Below, piece by piece: positions 9,045 to 18,183 of a stretch of 32,450 bases of DNA (position 1 is the stretch's first letter; each line of letters starts with the position of its first letter). The notes beneath the pieces are model-generated. The model was not told the DNA's origin, ran no database searches, and saw only the letters and a list, made by a program, of their open reading frames with translations. Source of the stretch: Vulcanimicrobiota bacterium (GTDB taxonomy: Bacteria; Vulcanimicrobiota; Vulcanimicrobiia; Eremiobacterales; Eremiobacteraceae); assembly GCA_019232725.1 (NCBI GenBank), contig JAFANK010000368.1:1-32450 (forward strand), given 5' to 3'. Made by a program: the position numbers and the translations under genes.

Positions 9045-9806
9045 GTGGAACGTTCGGTGACGGTCCGAACCCCAGAGGCCATCGCGTTTTACTACGAACT
9101 TGCCGGTCTTGGCAGCCGTTTTCTCGCGCTCTGCGTCGACACTGTCATCCAGGTCGCCGTGTTGGTCGCGCTGCTCACCGTGGGCATCGCCAGCACCCGC
9201 GGCGTGACCGCAATCGCAAGCTCCCTCCACATCGGTCAGAAAATGCTGGGGTCGAGCGTGGCGGCCGCGATCATCCTGACCATCTTCGTGCTGTTCTACG
9301 GGTATTTCATCGCGTTTGAAATGCTCTGGAGCGGCCAGACGCCGGGCAAGCGTCTCTTGGGTATCCGCGTGGTGCGTGATGGTGGCTATCCTGTCGAGCT
9401 CGGCGGCTCCATCATCCGTAACCTGATTCGGGTGTTGGAATTCGGGTTTGGCTTTTATTGCCTGTCGGTCATCAGTATGGTGCTGTCGTCCGAGAACAAG
9501 CGGCTCGGCGACTTCGCTGCCGGCACCATCGTGGTTCGCGATCGGGGATTTGAAGTGAGCGATTTTCGCACATGGCGCCGCACGCTCGCGAGTGACCATG
9601 TCCCTAGCGCCGCTTTGGCCGGCTTGTCGGCGGACGAGCTCGCGCTCATCGACCGGTACCAGGCCCGCAAGACGAGCCTGGAACCCGCCGCCGCTCACAC
9701 TGCAGCCGCCAAGATCGCCGCCGCCGTGCGGCCCAAAGTTGGTGCGGAGCTTGCGGGCCTCACTGACGACGAATTGTTGCTGAAGATCGCTTCCCGAGAT
9801 GCGTAG
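9045..9806 (+). CDS. RDD family membrane protein
   Basis: 253 aa; GTG start with AAGGAG 6 nt upstream. RDD-domain pattern: [12 protein letters not shown]..., TM helices and [14 protein letters not shown]. Confidence 0.85.
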   Translation: MERSVTVRTPEAIAFYYELAGLGSRFLALCVDTVIQVAVLVALLTVGIASTRGVTAIASSLHIGQKMLGSSVAAAIILTIFVLFYGYFIAFEMLWSGQTPGKRLLGIRVVRDGGYPVELGGSIIRNLIRVLEFGFGFYCLSVISMVLSSENKRLGDFAAGTIVVRDRGFEVSDFRTWRRTLASDHVPSAALAGLSADELALIDRYQARKTSLEPAAAHTAAAKIAAAVRPKVGAELAGLTDDELLLKIASRDA

Positions 9807-9873
9807 CCCCCGAGGTCGCTTTTTTCACCCTCTTCTCAAGACGGCACTAGGCTCGCGTGCTTATGCTGAGCAC

Positions 9874-11280
9874 ATGATGCACGTCGCTGTGGGTAAGCGC
9901 CTCGCCGTCACCGCACTGGTCATCCTGTGTGCGCTTGCACCGCGGGGCGGCGGCGCACAGCCGCATCTGGTCGTCGCAAGTGCAGCGGGTGACATCCACA
10001 AGATCCAGCATATCGTCATCATCATGCAAGAGAACCGCTCGTTCGATAGTTATTTCGGCACGTATCCCGGCGCAGATGGCATCCCTATGCGTGGCGGCGT
10101 GCCGTTGGCGTGCGTTTCCGATCCCGCACACGGCGGCTGCCAGCGGCCATATCACGACGCGAACGATCGCAACACGGGCGGACCGCATGGAGCGCAGAGC
10201 TTTGTCGCTGACGTGAACGGCGGCGCGATGGACGGATTCATTGCCGAAGCCGAGCGCGGTGGCCGAGCGTGCTCGGGATATTCGAACGATCCGCGCTGTG
10301 CCGGGCACGAGCATCCCGACGTCATGGGCTACCACGACCAGCGCGAGATCCCGAATTACTGGGCGTATGCGCACAACTTCGTCTTGCAGGATCGCATGTT
10401 CGAGCCGAACGCTTCCTGGAGTCTGCCCGAGCATCTGTTCATGGTGTCGGAGTGGTCAGCCAAGTGCTCGCGAGCTGGAGATCCCCGCAGCTGTGTCAAC
10501 GAATTGCAAAATCCAGACCGGCCAGCGCGTCCACGCCGCGGCTTTGGCGGCACAATGGCGCCCGACTATGCCTGGACGGATCTCACGTACTTACTGCACG
10601 CGCATCATGTCAGCTGGGCCTATTATGTCTTTTCGGGCCTCGAGCCGGACACAGAAGACGGATCGATGTACGGCGTGCAACGCCGGCTCGGCGCGCGGAC
10701 GCCGGGTATTTGGAACCCGCTACCTTACTTCGATACGGTGCGCGATGATGACGAGCTCGAAAACGTGCAAGACATCTCGCACTTCTACGAGGCTGCAAAA
10801 CGAGGGACGTTGCCGGCGGTGTCATGGATCTGTCCGGACAGCATCCACAGCGAACATCCACCGGCGCTCGTCAGCGTGGGGCAAGCGTACGTCACGAGTC
10901 TGATCAACGCCATCATGGAAGGACCGGACTGGCACAGCACTGCGATATTCTTGGCGTGGGATGACTGGGGCGGCTTCTACGACCACGTACGGCCGCCGGC
11001 AGTGGACCAAAACGGCTATGGATTGCGCGTGCCGGGGCTCGTCATCAGTCCGTATGCTCGGGCCGGCGCGATTGACCATCAGACGTTGAGTTTTGACGCC
11101 TACGTAAAATTCATCGAGGATGATTTCCTCGGCGGTGCGCGTATCGATCCGGCTACCGATGGCCGCCCCGATCCGCGTCCTGACGTCCGCGAGAACGTCT
11201 CCATCCTCGGCGACCTGCGCGAGGATTTCGACTTCACCCAAGCGCCGCGCGCACCCATGCTGCTGCCCGTCATTCGATAG
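9874..11280 (+). CDS. secreted phosphoesterase family protein (phospholipase C / acid phosphatase AcpA-like)
   Basis: [24 protein letters not shown] is the hallmark of the phosphoesterase family. The ATG at 9874 gives a signal-peptide-like N-terminus ([23 protein letters not shown]). The track start at 9799 adds 25 non-hydrophobic residues. Confidence 0.8.
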   Translation: MMHVAVGKRLAVTALVILCALAPRGGGAQPHLVVASAAGDIHKIQHIVIIMQENRSFDSYFGTYPGADGIPMRGGVPLACVSDPAHGGCQRPYHDANDRNTGGPHGAQSFVADVNGGAMDGFIAEAERGGRACSGYSNDPRCAGHEHPDVMGYHDQREIPNYWAYAHNFVLQDRMFEPNASWSLPEHLFMVSEWSAKCSRAGDPRSCVNELQNPDRPARPRRGFGGTMAPDYAWTDLTYLLHAHHVSWAYYVFSGLEPDTEDGSMYGVQRRLGARTPGIWNPLPYFDTVRDDDELENVQDISHFYEAAKRGTLPAVSWICPDSIHSEHPPALVSVGQAYVTSLINAIMEGPDWHSTAIFLAWDDWGGFYDHVRPPAVDQNGYGLRVPGLVISPYARAGAIDHQTLSFDAYVKFIEDDFLGGARIDPATDGRPDPRPDVRENVSILGDLREDFDFTQAPRAPMLLPVIR

Positions 11281-11339
11281 CAAACGCACCCGCGCCGGCG
11301 ACCAAATGGTTTGGGGCGCCGTCGTCCGAAACGCGCACG

Positions 11340-11726
11340 ATGGCACGCAAGCTGGTCACAGCGCACTCGACATGGGCGCCCACAGTTGGGTATTCGCGCG
11401 CGGTTCGGGTTGGGACGCATGTCTATGTGGCCGGCACGGCAGGCATCGGTAGCGACGGCGCGGTGACGGGCGATGCGCACGCTCAGACCCTGCGTGCGCT
11501 CGCCATCATACAAGAGGCGCTTGCCGAAAGCGGTGCGGTGCTCGCAGATGTCGTGCGCACGCGGATATTCGTGACGGACATCGATCAGTGGGAAGCGGTC
11601 GGCCGCGCGCACGGCGAGGTGTTCCGCGATATCCGCCCAGCGTCGACGATGGTCGAGGTCAGCCGGCTCATCGATCCGGCGATGCTCGTGGAGATCGAAG
11701 CTGACGCTGTGATCGAGGAGGGATAA
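11340..11726 (+). CDS. RidA/YjgF/RutC family protein
   Basis: 128 aa with YSRAVRVGTHVYVAGTAG, VRTRIFVTDI and VEVSRL...LVEIEADA, which is the typical YjgF-fold pattern. Confidence 0.85.
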   Translation: MARKLVTAHSTWAPTVGYSRAVRVGTHVYVAGTAGIGSDGAVTGDAHAQTLRALAIIQEALAESGAVLADVVRTRIFVTDIDQWEAVGRAHGEVFRDIRPASTMVEVSRLIDPAMLVEIEADAVIEEG

Positions 11727-11728
11727 GC

Positions 11729-13021
11729 ATGCTTGTACTTCGCAATGCGACGGTCATCGACGGAACTGGGGCAGATCCCCGGCCGAAGACGCACGTGGTC
11801 ATTGAAGGTGATTCGATCAGAAAGCTGGGCAGTGAAACGCCACGCGCGGATGATAGCCGCGATATCGATCTCTCCGGCCTGACGCTGCTGCCGGGTCTCA
11901 TCGACGCGCACGCGCATCTGGGACTCGTCTATCCGCTGGCCGCAGAAGGCGATCCGGGACTCATCTCGCCTGCCGAGATCGCTGCCCTGACATTTGAGAA
12001 TTGCAACCTTTGTCTTGATGCCGGTTTCACGACCGTGCGCGATATGTGTGGCGTTGACGGTGGCCTCGTACGCGCGATCGAGTCGGGCGCTGTCCGCGGA
12101 CCAAGGGTCTTCCCCTCCGGCCCTGCCATTGTGCAAACAGGCGGTCACGGTCACGTCTCGGGGCCGTTCTGTTTCCAAGAATGTCATCTCGCGATCCCGG
12201 GGCTCGTGCAGCTGACGGCCATCTGCGATGGCCCCGATGCGGTCCGCTTGCAGGCGCGAACGAACTTCCGTCGCGGCGCAACCCAATTGAAGGCGTTCAT
12301 TTCCGGCGGCGTCGTCTCCACGACCGACCGCTTGGAGGACACGCAGCTCACCGTTGAAGAGCTCAAGGCAGCGGTTTTTGAGGCCAGAGCGCGCGAGACG
12401 TACGTCTCGGGTCACGCCCACAACGTGCGATCGATCCGCAACGGCCTCGAGGCAGGCCTTGAGTGCTTCGAGCACGGCACGCAACTGGACGAAGCGACGG
12501 CGCAAGCGATGGCGACCGCGGGCGCCGCGCTCGATCCCACGCTCGCGGTCACGCGCCTCATGGCCACCCATTGGAAAGAATGGGGGATGCAAGAATTCGT
12601 CGTGCCGCGCATTCGGGATTGCGAAGCACAGATGACGCAGGCAGTGCGTATCGCAGAAGCCGCAGGCGTGCTCCTGGGATCAGGCTCGGATCTTTTGGGC
12701 CCCAAGCAAAACCGCCGGGGCTTGGAGATCGTGCTCAAGGCCGCGATCTTGGGGGCAATGCGCGCTATTCAATGCGCTACCCAAGGCAACGCCAAGATCA
12801 TGCATCAAGACCATAAGCTTGGCACGCTTGGCGCCGGCAAGCTCGCCGATTGTATTGCCGTCGATGGGGATCCGCTCGCGACCCCAGCACTGCTCGATGA
12901 CCCCGCGCGAATCGTGCTCGTCATCAAAGGGGGCGAAGTCGTGAAAAACCTGATGCCGGATCGCTCCGAGCGGCCAGCGCCCGCGCCCGCCCGCCGTGAA
13001 GCAGCCGCGGCGGTTCGTTGA
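11729..13021 (+). CDS. amidohydrolase family metallo-hydrolase
   Basis: 430 aa. It has the canonical PGLIDAHAHLG HxH motif, plus GHAHN and GSDLLG in the C-terminal region. The start lies 2 nt after the RidA stop. Confidence 0.85.
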   Translation: MLVLRNATVIDGTGADPRPKTHVVIEGDSIRKLGSETPRADDSRDIDLSGLTLLPGLIDAHAHLGLVYPLAAEGDPGLISPAEIAALTFENCNLCLDAGFTTVRDMCGVDGGLVRAIESGAVRGPRVFPSGPAIVQTGGHGHVSGPFCFQECHLAIPGLVQLTAICDGPDAVRLQARTNFRRGATQLKAFISGGVVSTTDRLEDTQLTVEELKAAVFEARARETYVSGHAHNVRSIRNGLEAGLECFEHGTQLDEATAQAMATAGAALDPTLAVTRLMATHWKEWGMQEFVVPRIRDCEAQMTQAVRIAEAAGVLLGSGSDLLGPKQNRRGLEIVLKAAILGAMRAIQCATQGNAKIMHQDHKLGTLGAGKLADCIAVDGDPLATPALLDDPARIVLVIKGGEVVKNLMPDRSERPAPAPARREAAAAVR

Positions 13022-13039
13022 CGGCCAGGCATCGCACGG

Positions 13040-13705
13040 TTAAGACGCCGCGGTGAGATAGGTAAGAAACCAGTCGCGGGCGAGCTGCGCGACCCGTTGA
13101 AGCGCACCTGGCTCTTCGAAAAGGTGCGTCGCTCCCGCGACGACCGCAAGCTCGTGAGGGCAGGTCAAGGATGCAGCGGCGGTCCGATTGACCTGCACTA
13201 CCTGGCGATCCTCACTGCCGACGATGAGCAGCGTCGGCGCTTTCACGTTGGGGAGCGCAGACGCCGCCATGTCCGGTCTGCCACCCCGTGAGACCACCAC
13301 ATCGACACTTGTGGGATGGCGCGCCGCACTGATGAGCGCCGCGGCAGCGCCCGTGCTGGCGCCGAACAGGCCAAGGCCGCCATATCCAACGTTCGTTCGG
13401 CACCACGCGACGGCCACATCGAGCCGGTAGCTTAAGAAATCGACATCAAAGCGCAGCTGGCCCGTGCGATCGTCGATCGCCTCTTCCTCTGCTGTGAGCA
13501 GATCGAGGAGCAACGTCGCAAGGCCGGCATGAACCAACACGTCGGCGACATATTGGTTGCGCACACTTCGCCGGCCACTGCCGCTGCCGTGCGCGAACGC
13601 CACCGTGCCTCGCAACACTCTTGGGGTGCTCCATATCCCGTCGAGTTGAACGCCGCCCGCGTTGATCTTGACGTCCGCCACAGCAGTCACGAGCGCATCC
13701 TTCAT
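13040..13705 (-). CDS. dienelactone-hydrolase-like alpha/beta hydrolase
   Basis: 221 aa. It has AHGSGSGRRSVRNQYVADVL...LLLDLLT, a nucleophile-elbow-like GASTGAAAAL and the later acid/His region (VGSEDRQV...GATHLFEEPG). Confidence 0.7.
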   Translation of the reverse strand: MKDALVTAVADVKINAGGVQLDGIWSTPRVLRGTVAFAHGSGSGRRSVRNQYVADVLVHAGLATLLLDLLTAEEEAIDDRTGQLRFDVDFLSYRLDVAVAWCRTNVGYGGLGLFGASTGAAAALISAARHPTSVDVVVSRGGRPDMAASALPNVKAPTLLIVGSEDRQVVQVNRTAAASLTCPHELAVVAGATHLFEEPGALQRVAQLARDWFLTYLTAAS

Positions 13706-13711
13706 CCCGCC

Positions 13712-13743
13712 TTCATAACATCACGCCGTCCGGCTACTATACT
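13712..13743 (+). promoter_or_regulatory. candidate sigma70-like promoter directly abutting the PNPOx-like start codon
   Basis: TTCATA (13712-13717), a 17-nt spacer and TACTAT (13735-13740), overlapping TATACT (13738-13743). The GTG at 13749 and ATG at 13755 follow within 6-12 nt and there is no SD. Confidence 0.25.
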
Positions 13744-13748
13744 CCAGA

Positions 13749-14207
13749 GTGATCATGCTTGGACAACTGAACCACAGCGAAATGGAGGAGCTGCTGCGCT
13801 CGAGCCTGGTGGGCCGCGTCGGTTGCCATGCGAACGGGCGCACGTATGTGGTGCCGGTGGCGTTCGTCTACGAGGAAGGATCGATCATCGGTCACAGCGC
13901 TCAAGGCCTCAAGATGCAGATGATGCGTGAGAACCCGCACGTCTGTTTTGAAGTGGATGCCATGCAGGACCTGGGCAACTGGCGCAGCGTGATCGCATGG
14001 GGGAAGTTTGAAGAACTGCACGGCGCTGAGGCCGATAGGGCCATGGCTGCCCTGCTTGCGCGCCTGTTGCCACTTGCCGCTACGAGCGAGACGAGCCATC
14101 CGCCAAAAGACCTCACGCATCAGAACCGGGCGCAGCTTGGCGAATTGCCTGCGATCGTCTATCGCATCCGCCTCGATCAGATGAGCGGTCGCTTCGAGCG
14201 GCGCTGA
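13749..14207 (+). CDS. pyridoxamine 5'-phosphate oxidase family (flavin-binding split-barrel) protein
   Basis: 152 aa. The pattern EMEELLRSSLVGRVGCHANGRTYVVPVAFVYEEGSIIGHS...MRENPHVCFEVD is typical of Pyridox_ox_2/NimA-like proteins. Confidence 0.8.
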   Translation: MIMLGQLNHSEMEELLRSSLVGRVGCHANGRTYVVPVAFVYEEGSIIGHSAQGLKMQMMRENPHVCFEVDAMQDLGNWRSVIAWGKFEELHGAEADRAMAALLARLLPLAATSETSHPPKDLTHQNRAQLGELPAIVYRIRLDQMSGRFERR

Positions 14208-14237
14208 AGTGCTGGAACCGCAAGACATACAGTGCCT

Positions 14238-15230
14238 TTAGCGCGGAGCAGCACATGCCTCCAGGGTGCGCCGTGCGAATACGCGCAGCATGCGCTTGCG
14301 ATACGGTATTGAACCACTCGTGTTGTCGAGCGGCTTCCCGGTCGCATATGCGGCGTCGGCCGCAGCGTCCAATGCGTCAGGTTCCAGCTTCGTGCCCACG
14401 AGGGCACGCGCGGCGCCTGGTGATTCGAGCGGTTTTGACGCCACCGCGTTGAGCACGACCCGTGCACCCGTGCAGCGCCCGCCGCCGTCGGTCTGCATGA
14501 CGGCTGCGATGCCCACAATCGGAAAATCAAACGAATTGCGCAGTCGCAGTTTGCGGTACGCACTCACCGTGTTGGGCGCCGGCACGGGCAGGTGGATGGC
14601 CGTGACGATTTCGTCCGCTTGCTTTGCCCACGCGCGCATGCCGTCATCCATGAAGAAGTCTGCGATGTCGATCTCGCGCTCGCCGCTGCGACCCAGCAGC
14701 CGAATCCGTGCACCATATGCCTGTAGCACGGGGGCGGTGTCTGACGAGTTGACGGCGACGCATTTGGGACTGCCGGGCGCTACTCGGCAGATATCCCCAT
14801 CTTTTTTCATGCAGTAGCCAAGCGCCTGACGCCAATCGAGATTCTGATTGTAATAGTTGCAACGCGTGTCGAGGCAGACGTTGCCGCCGATCGTCCCCAT
14901 GGTCCGCAGCTGTGGCGTCGAGATGGATGCTGCCGCTTCGGCCAGAGCGGGGTATCGCTCGCAGACAACGGGCTCGGCTGCCAGTCGTGCGAGGGTGGTC
15001 AGCGCGCCGATCTCAAGGCCTCGCGACTGGTCAAAGCGCAGGTAGTGCATATCGCGAGCCGGACGCAAGCCCACGACCACTTTGGGAGTGAATAGGCGCT
15101 GCTTGATGTTCGCATAGAGATCCGTGCCGCCCGACACCACGAGCGCGTCAGGCCCGTGCGCTGCCAGGAGCTGCACCGCGGACGCTGCGCTCGTCGCCGC
15201 CTCGTACCGGAATGGCGGCAGTCTATGCAT
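14238..15230 (-). CDS. xanthine dehydrogenase family FAD-binding subunit with extra Cys-rich (putative 4Fe-4S) insertion
   Basis: 330 aa. It has the CoxM/HcrB-type N-terminus (FRYEAATS...VVSGGTDL) and GTIGGN, followed by the insertion CLDTRCNYYNQNLDWRQALGYCMKKDGDICRVAPGSPKC. The start overlaps the VOC gene stop by 8 nt. Confidence 0.9.
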   Translation of the reverse strand: MHRLPPFRYEAATSAASAVQLLAAHGPDALVVSGGTDLYANIKQRLFTPKVVVGLRPARDMHYLRFDQSRGLEIGALTTLARLAAEPVVCERYPALAEAAASISTPQLRTMGTIGGNVCLDTRCNYYNQNLDWRQALGYCMKKDGDICRVAPGSPKCVAVNSSDTAPVLQAYGARIRLLGRSGEREIDIADFFMDDGMRAWAKQADEIVTAIHLPVPAPNTVSAYRKLRLRNSFDFPIVGIAAVMQTDGGGRCTGARVVLNAVASKPLESPGAARALVGTKLEPDALDAAADAAYATGKPLDNTSGSIPYRKRMLRVFARRTLEACAAPR

Positions 15231-15699
15231 GCGGGGCCGCTCGGCGCGTGCCGAACCGTGCTATTTCGGCGTCAAGGTCGAGCGCGCGCGTCGGCGCTTG
15301 CGATTCGTATTCGCCCCACAACTCGCGCGGAACCATCCACATGACTTCGAACTCGTGCCCGTCAGGATCAAGGCCGTACACCGATTTGGTCGCACCATGA
15401 TCGCTCTCGCCGGTCATGACGCCACCCTCGATCAGCTTTGCACGAATGACCGCGAGATCTTCGATCGCCGGCACTTGCCATGCTAAGTGGAACAAGCCGA
15501 CTGCGCGCTCGGGCGCATCGACTGCCGCCCCACCAAGTGCCAAAAACCCCAGGTCGTGATGGTTTTGGGAGTCTGGCGCCCGCATGAATGCCATGCGCCG
15601 GCCGGCACGCGCTACTTCGGTGAAGCCGAAGAGTTCGCGGTAGAACGCGACGGAGCGATCGAGATCGCGTACTTTGAGCACGGCATGGTTGAGATTCAT
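15223..15699 (-). CDS. VOC superfamily protein (glyoxalase / extradiol dioxygenase-like)
   Basis: 158 aa with LNHAVLKVRDLDRSVAFYRELFGF, HLAWQV and DPDGHEFEV, a His/His/Glu-type VOC metal triad pattern. Confidence 0.85.
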   Translation of the reverse strand: MNLNHAVLKVRDLDRSVAFYRELFGFTEVARAGRRMAFMRAPDSQNHHDLGFLALGGAAVDAPERAVGLFHLAWQVPAIEDLAVIRAKLIEGGVMTGESDHGATKSVYGLDPDGHEFEVMWMVPRELWGEYESQAPTRALDLDAEIARFGTRRAAPHA

Positions 15700-15717
15700 C
15701 GAAATATCCTCAGGCGT

Positions 15718-18183
15718 TCACACGGGAACGGGTGACGGCTTCGAGGGCGTCGTGACCTTCTTGAGGCGCAGCGTGGTGCCGCTTGCCGCATCCATCGCCT
15801 TGAGCACCTTTTCCGGCGTGATCGGCGTGGAATGGATCCGGGCGCGGATCGCATCGGCCACGGCATTGGCGATGGCTGGGATGACCGGGTTGAGCGGGCC
15901 TTGCCCTGCTTCTTTCGCGCCGAAGGGGCCCTCTTTGTCATCAGTCTCGACGATGATGGCCTCGATCGGTGGCGTGTCGAGGCTGGTGGGCGTCTTGTAG
16001 TCGAGCAGGTTCGGGATCTTGTGCTCGCCTGCGCGGAACGGCCACTCTTCCATGAGCGCCTCGCCGAGGCCCATGTAGACGCCACCCTCGATCTGCCCTT
16101 CGACGTTGGTCGCGTTGATGCACCGCCCAACGTCATGCGCGAGCGTGATCTTTTCAACGGTGATCTCGCCAGTTTCGAGATCGACGGCAACTTCTGCGAC
16201 GGCGGCACTATACGAATACGCCGGCGATGGCCCGACGCCCGAGCCCTTATACTCGGCGGCGAGTTTTGGCGGCGTGTACGATCCAACGCACGCGATCGTT
16301 CCCCACCGGGCTTCGGCGAGCTGCGCTGCTTCGATGAACGTCATCGATCGCTCACGGTTGCCGAGGTCGAAGACCCTGCGGCCCGCAAAGCCGACGCGAT
16401 CCGGTCCGACGCCGAAGCGTTCGGCCGCCGATTGAGCGATGAGGTGTCGCGCCTTGCTCGCGGCATCGCGCGCGGCATTGCCTGCCATGAAGGTGACGCG
16501 GCTGGAATACGAACCAAGATCCACCGGCGTGAGATCGGTGTCGCCATAACAGACGCTGACATCGCTCGGGTCCACCCCAAGCGTCTCGGCGATGATGGCT
16601 GCGAGCATACTCGTCGAGCCTTGGCCGCACTCGCTCGTGCCCGAGAGCACGGTGACGCCGCCGCCGCGATCCACCTTGACGATCGCTCCAGATTGCGGCA
16701 TCGCGTTCCAGTAGATGGGCAATCCGGCGCCGCACAAGTAGGAACTTGCGGCAAGCCCGATGCCGCGGCCCCTTGCGAGCTTTCCTCGCTTCTCTTTGTA
16801 GCGCGTTCTCTCGGTTGCGGCGTCGATGCATTCGCGCAAACCGCATGACGTGACGCGCAACCCGTTGACCGTCGTCGAGTTGGGATCGACCGCGATGCGT
16901 TTACGATACTCGGCGGCGTCGAGGCCGAGCGCGTCTGCGATCTTGTCGAGTTGGTTCTCGAGCGCAAAGCGGGGCTGCGTTGTGCCGTGACCGCGTTTTG
17001 GCCCGCACGGCGGTTTGTTCGTGAACACGCGGCAGCCATCGAACTTATAGGCCGGCACTTTGTAGGTGACGGTGGTGAGCGCACCTGTGTAGTAGGTCGT
17101 GGCGACCCCGTATGAGCCATAGGCGCCACCATCCAACCAGCTCTGCAGATGGATTGCCGTGATAGTGCCGTCCGCTTTGACGCCGGTCTTCAGCTTAAAA
17201 CGGACCGGATGACGGCCACGATGTGCGTAGAACACTTCTTGTCGCGTGAGCGTGATCTTCACCGGCCGCCCGGTCTTTCGAGCGAGAAACGCTGCAGCGA
17301 GTTCGTGCGCGAAGGGTTCTGTTTTGCCGCCAAAGCCGCCGCCGACCGGCGGTGCGATCACGCGAATCTGGCTTGCCGGCATGCCGAGCACGGCGGCCGC
17401 GATCCGGTGCAGATAGTGCGGCGTTTGCGTCGCGGCCCACAGCGTGAGTTTTTGATCGGCGCCGTACTGGGCCATGACCGCATGCTGCTCGATCGGGGCG
17501 TGGGTCGTGCCCTCGAAGAAATACTCGTCCTCGAAGATCCGGTCTGCGCTGGCAAACCCGGCTTCGACATCGCCGAACTCCAAGTGTACTTCTTTGTGGA
17601 TGTTGTTGGTGCGGCGAGGATTGGGGTGAAGCTGCGGGAGATCGGTGCGCAGCGCCTCGTCGATCGACATGACCGCCGGCAGCGGTTCATACTCGACCTG
17701 CACGAGCGCCAACGCCTCTTCAGCGGTCAGCTCATCGTCAGCGACGACGCAGGCGATCGGGTCGCCGACATAGCGAACGGTGTCGAGCGCCATGACCATT
17801 TCGTCCGGACTCGACGGCAAAATGCCATAGCGCACGGGGATGTCGGCGCCGGTCACGATCGCGACGACGCCGGGTAGTGCCAACGCCTTCGACGTGTCGA
17901 TACGCAGGATGCGGGCATGTGCCTGCGTGCTGCGCAGCATCTTGCCGAAGAGCATGTTCGGCAAGAAGATGTCGTCAGCGAAACGATCTTGGCCGGTCAC
18001 CCGGGTGAAACTGTCAAGTTTCGGGCCGGCCTTGCCGACTACGCTGAAGCCCTCTGGCTTGTCCGGCGGATATTGCGGTGCGCGGCGCAGTACGGACGAC
18101 GCCTCGACGGCGCTTGTGAGCGGCCGCGCATCACCGTCCGGATTCGTGGCGGTTGAGACGGACGGCAGTTCCTGCTCACGCAT
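15718..18183 (-). CDS. xanthine dehydrogenase family molybdopterin-binding large subunit
   Basis: 821 aa. It has an a/b-hammerhead N-terminus (VGK...TRVTGQDRFADDI), the GGGFGGKTE motif and aldehyde-oxidase/XDH C-terminal domains (GQIEGGVYMGLGEALMEE). It overlaps the 2Fe-2S subunit gene by 8 nt. Confidence 0.9.
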   Translation of the reverse strand: MREQELPSVSTATNPDGDARPLTSAVEASSVLRRAPQYPPDKPEGFSVVGKAGPKLDSFTRVTGQDRFADDIFLPNMLFGKMLRSTQAHARILRIDTSKALALPGVVAIVTGADIPVRYGILPSSPDEMVMALDTVRYVGDPIACVVADDELTAEEALALVQVEYEPLPAVMSIDEALRTDLPQLHPNPRRTNNIHKEVHLEFGDVEAGFASADRIFEDEYFFEGTTHAPIEQHAVMAQYGADQKLTLWAATQTPHYLHRIAAAVLGMPASQIRVIAPPVGGGFGGKTEPFAHELAAAFLARKTGRPVKITLTRQEVFYAHRGRHPVRFKLKTGVKADGTITAIHLQSWLDGGAYGSYGVATTYYTGALTTVTYKVPAYKFDGCRVFTNKPPCGPKRGHGTTQPRFALENQLDKIADALGLDAAEYRKRIAVDPNSTTVNGLRVTSCGLRECIDAATERTRYKEKRGKLARGRGIGLAASSYLCGAGLPIYWNAMPQSGAIVKVDRGGGVTVLSGTSECGQGSTSMLAAIIAETLGVDPSDVSVCYGDTDLTPVDLGSYSSRVTFMAGNAARDAASKARHLIAQSAAERFGVGPDRVGFAGRRVFDLGNRERSMTFIEAAQLAEARWGTIACVGSYTPPKLAAEYKGSGVGPSPAYSYSAAVAEVAVDLETGEITVEKITLAHDVGRCINATNVEGQIEGGVYMGLGEALMEEWPFRAGEHKIPNLLDYKTPTSLDTPPIEAIIVETDDKEGPFGAKEAGQGPLNPVIPAIANAVADAIRARIHSTPITPEKVLKAMDAASGTTLRLKKVTTPSKPSPVPV

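Noticed and set aside
7359-12592. Long minus-strand ORFs 7359-8183, 8910-9698, 9847-10434 and 11585-12592
   Set aside because: Each is antisense or out of frame to a + strand gene with recognisable family motifs (DUF58, RDD, phosphoesterase, amidohydrolase). Their composition is typical of GC-rich shadow frames.
15832-16848. 338-aa + strand ORF inside the XDH large-subunit gene
   Set aside because: It is antisense to a gene with clear family motifs. The product is Arg/Ala/Gly-rich and low-complexity, which is typical of shadow ORFs in high-GC DNA.
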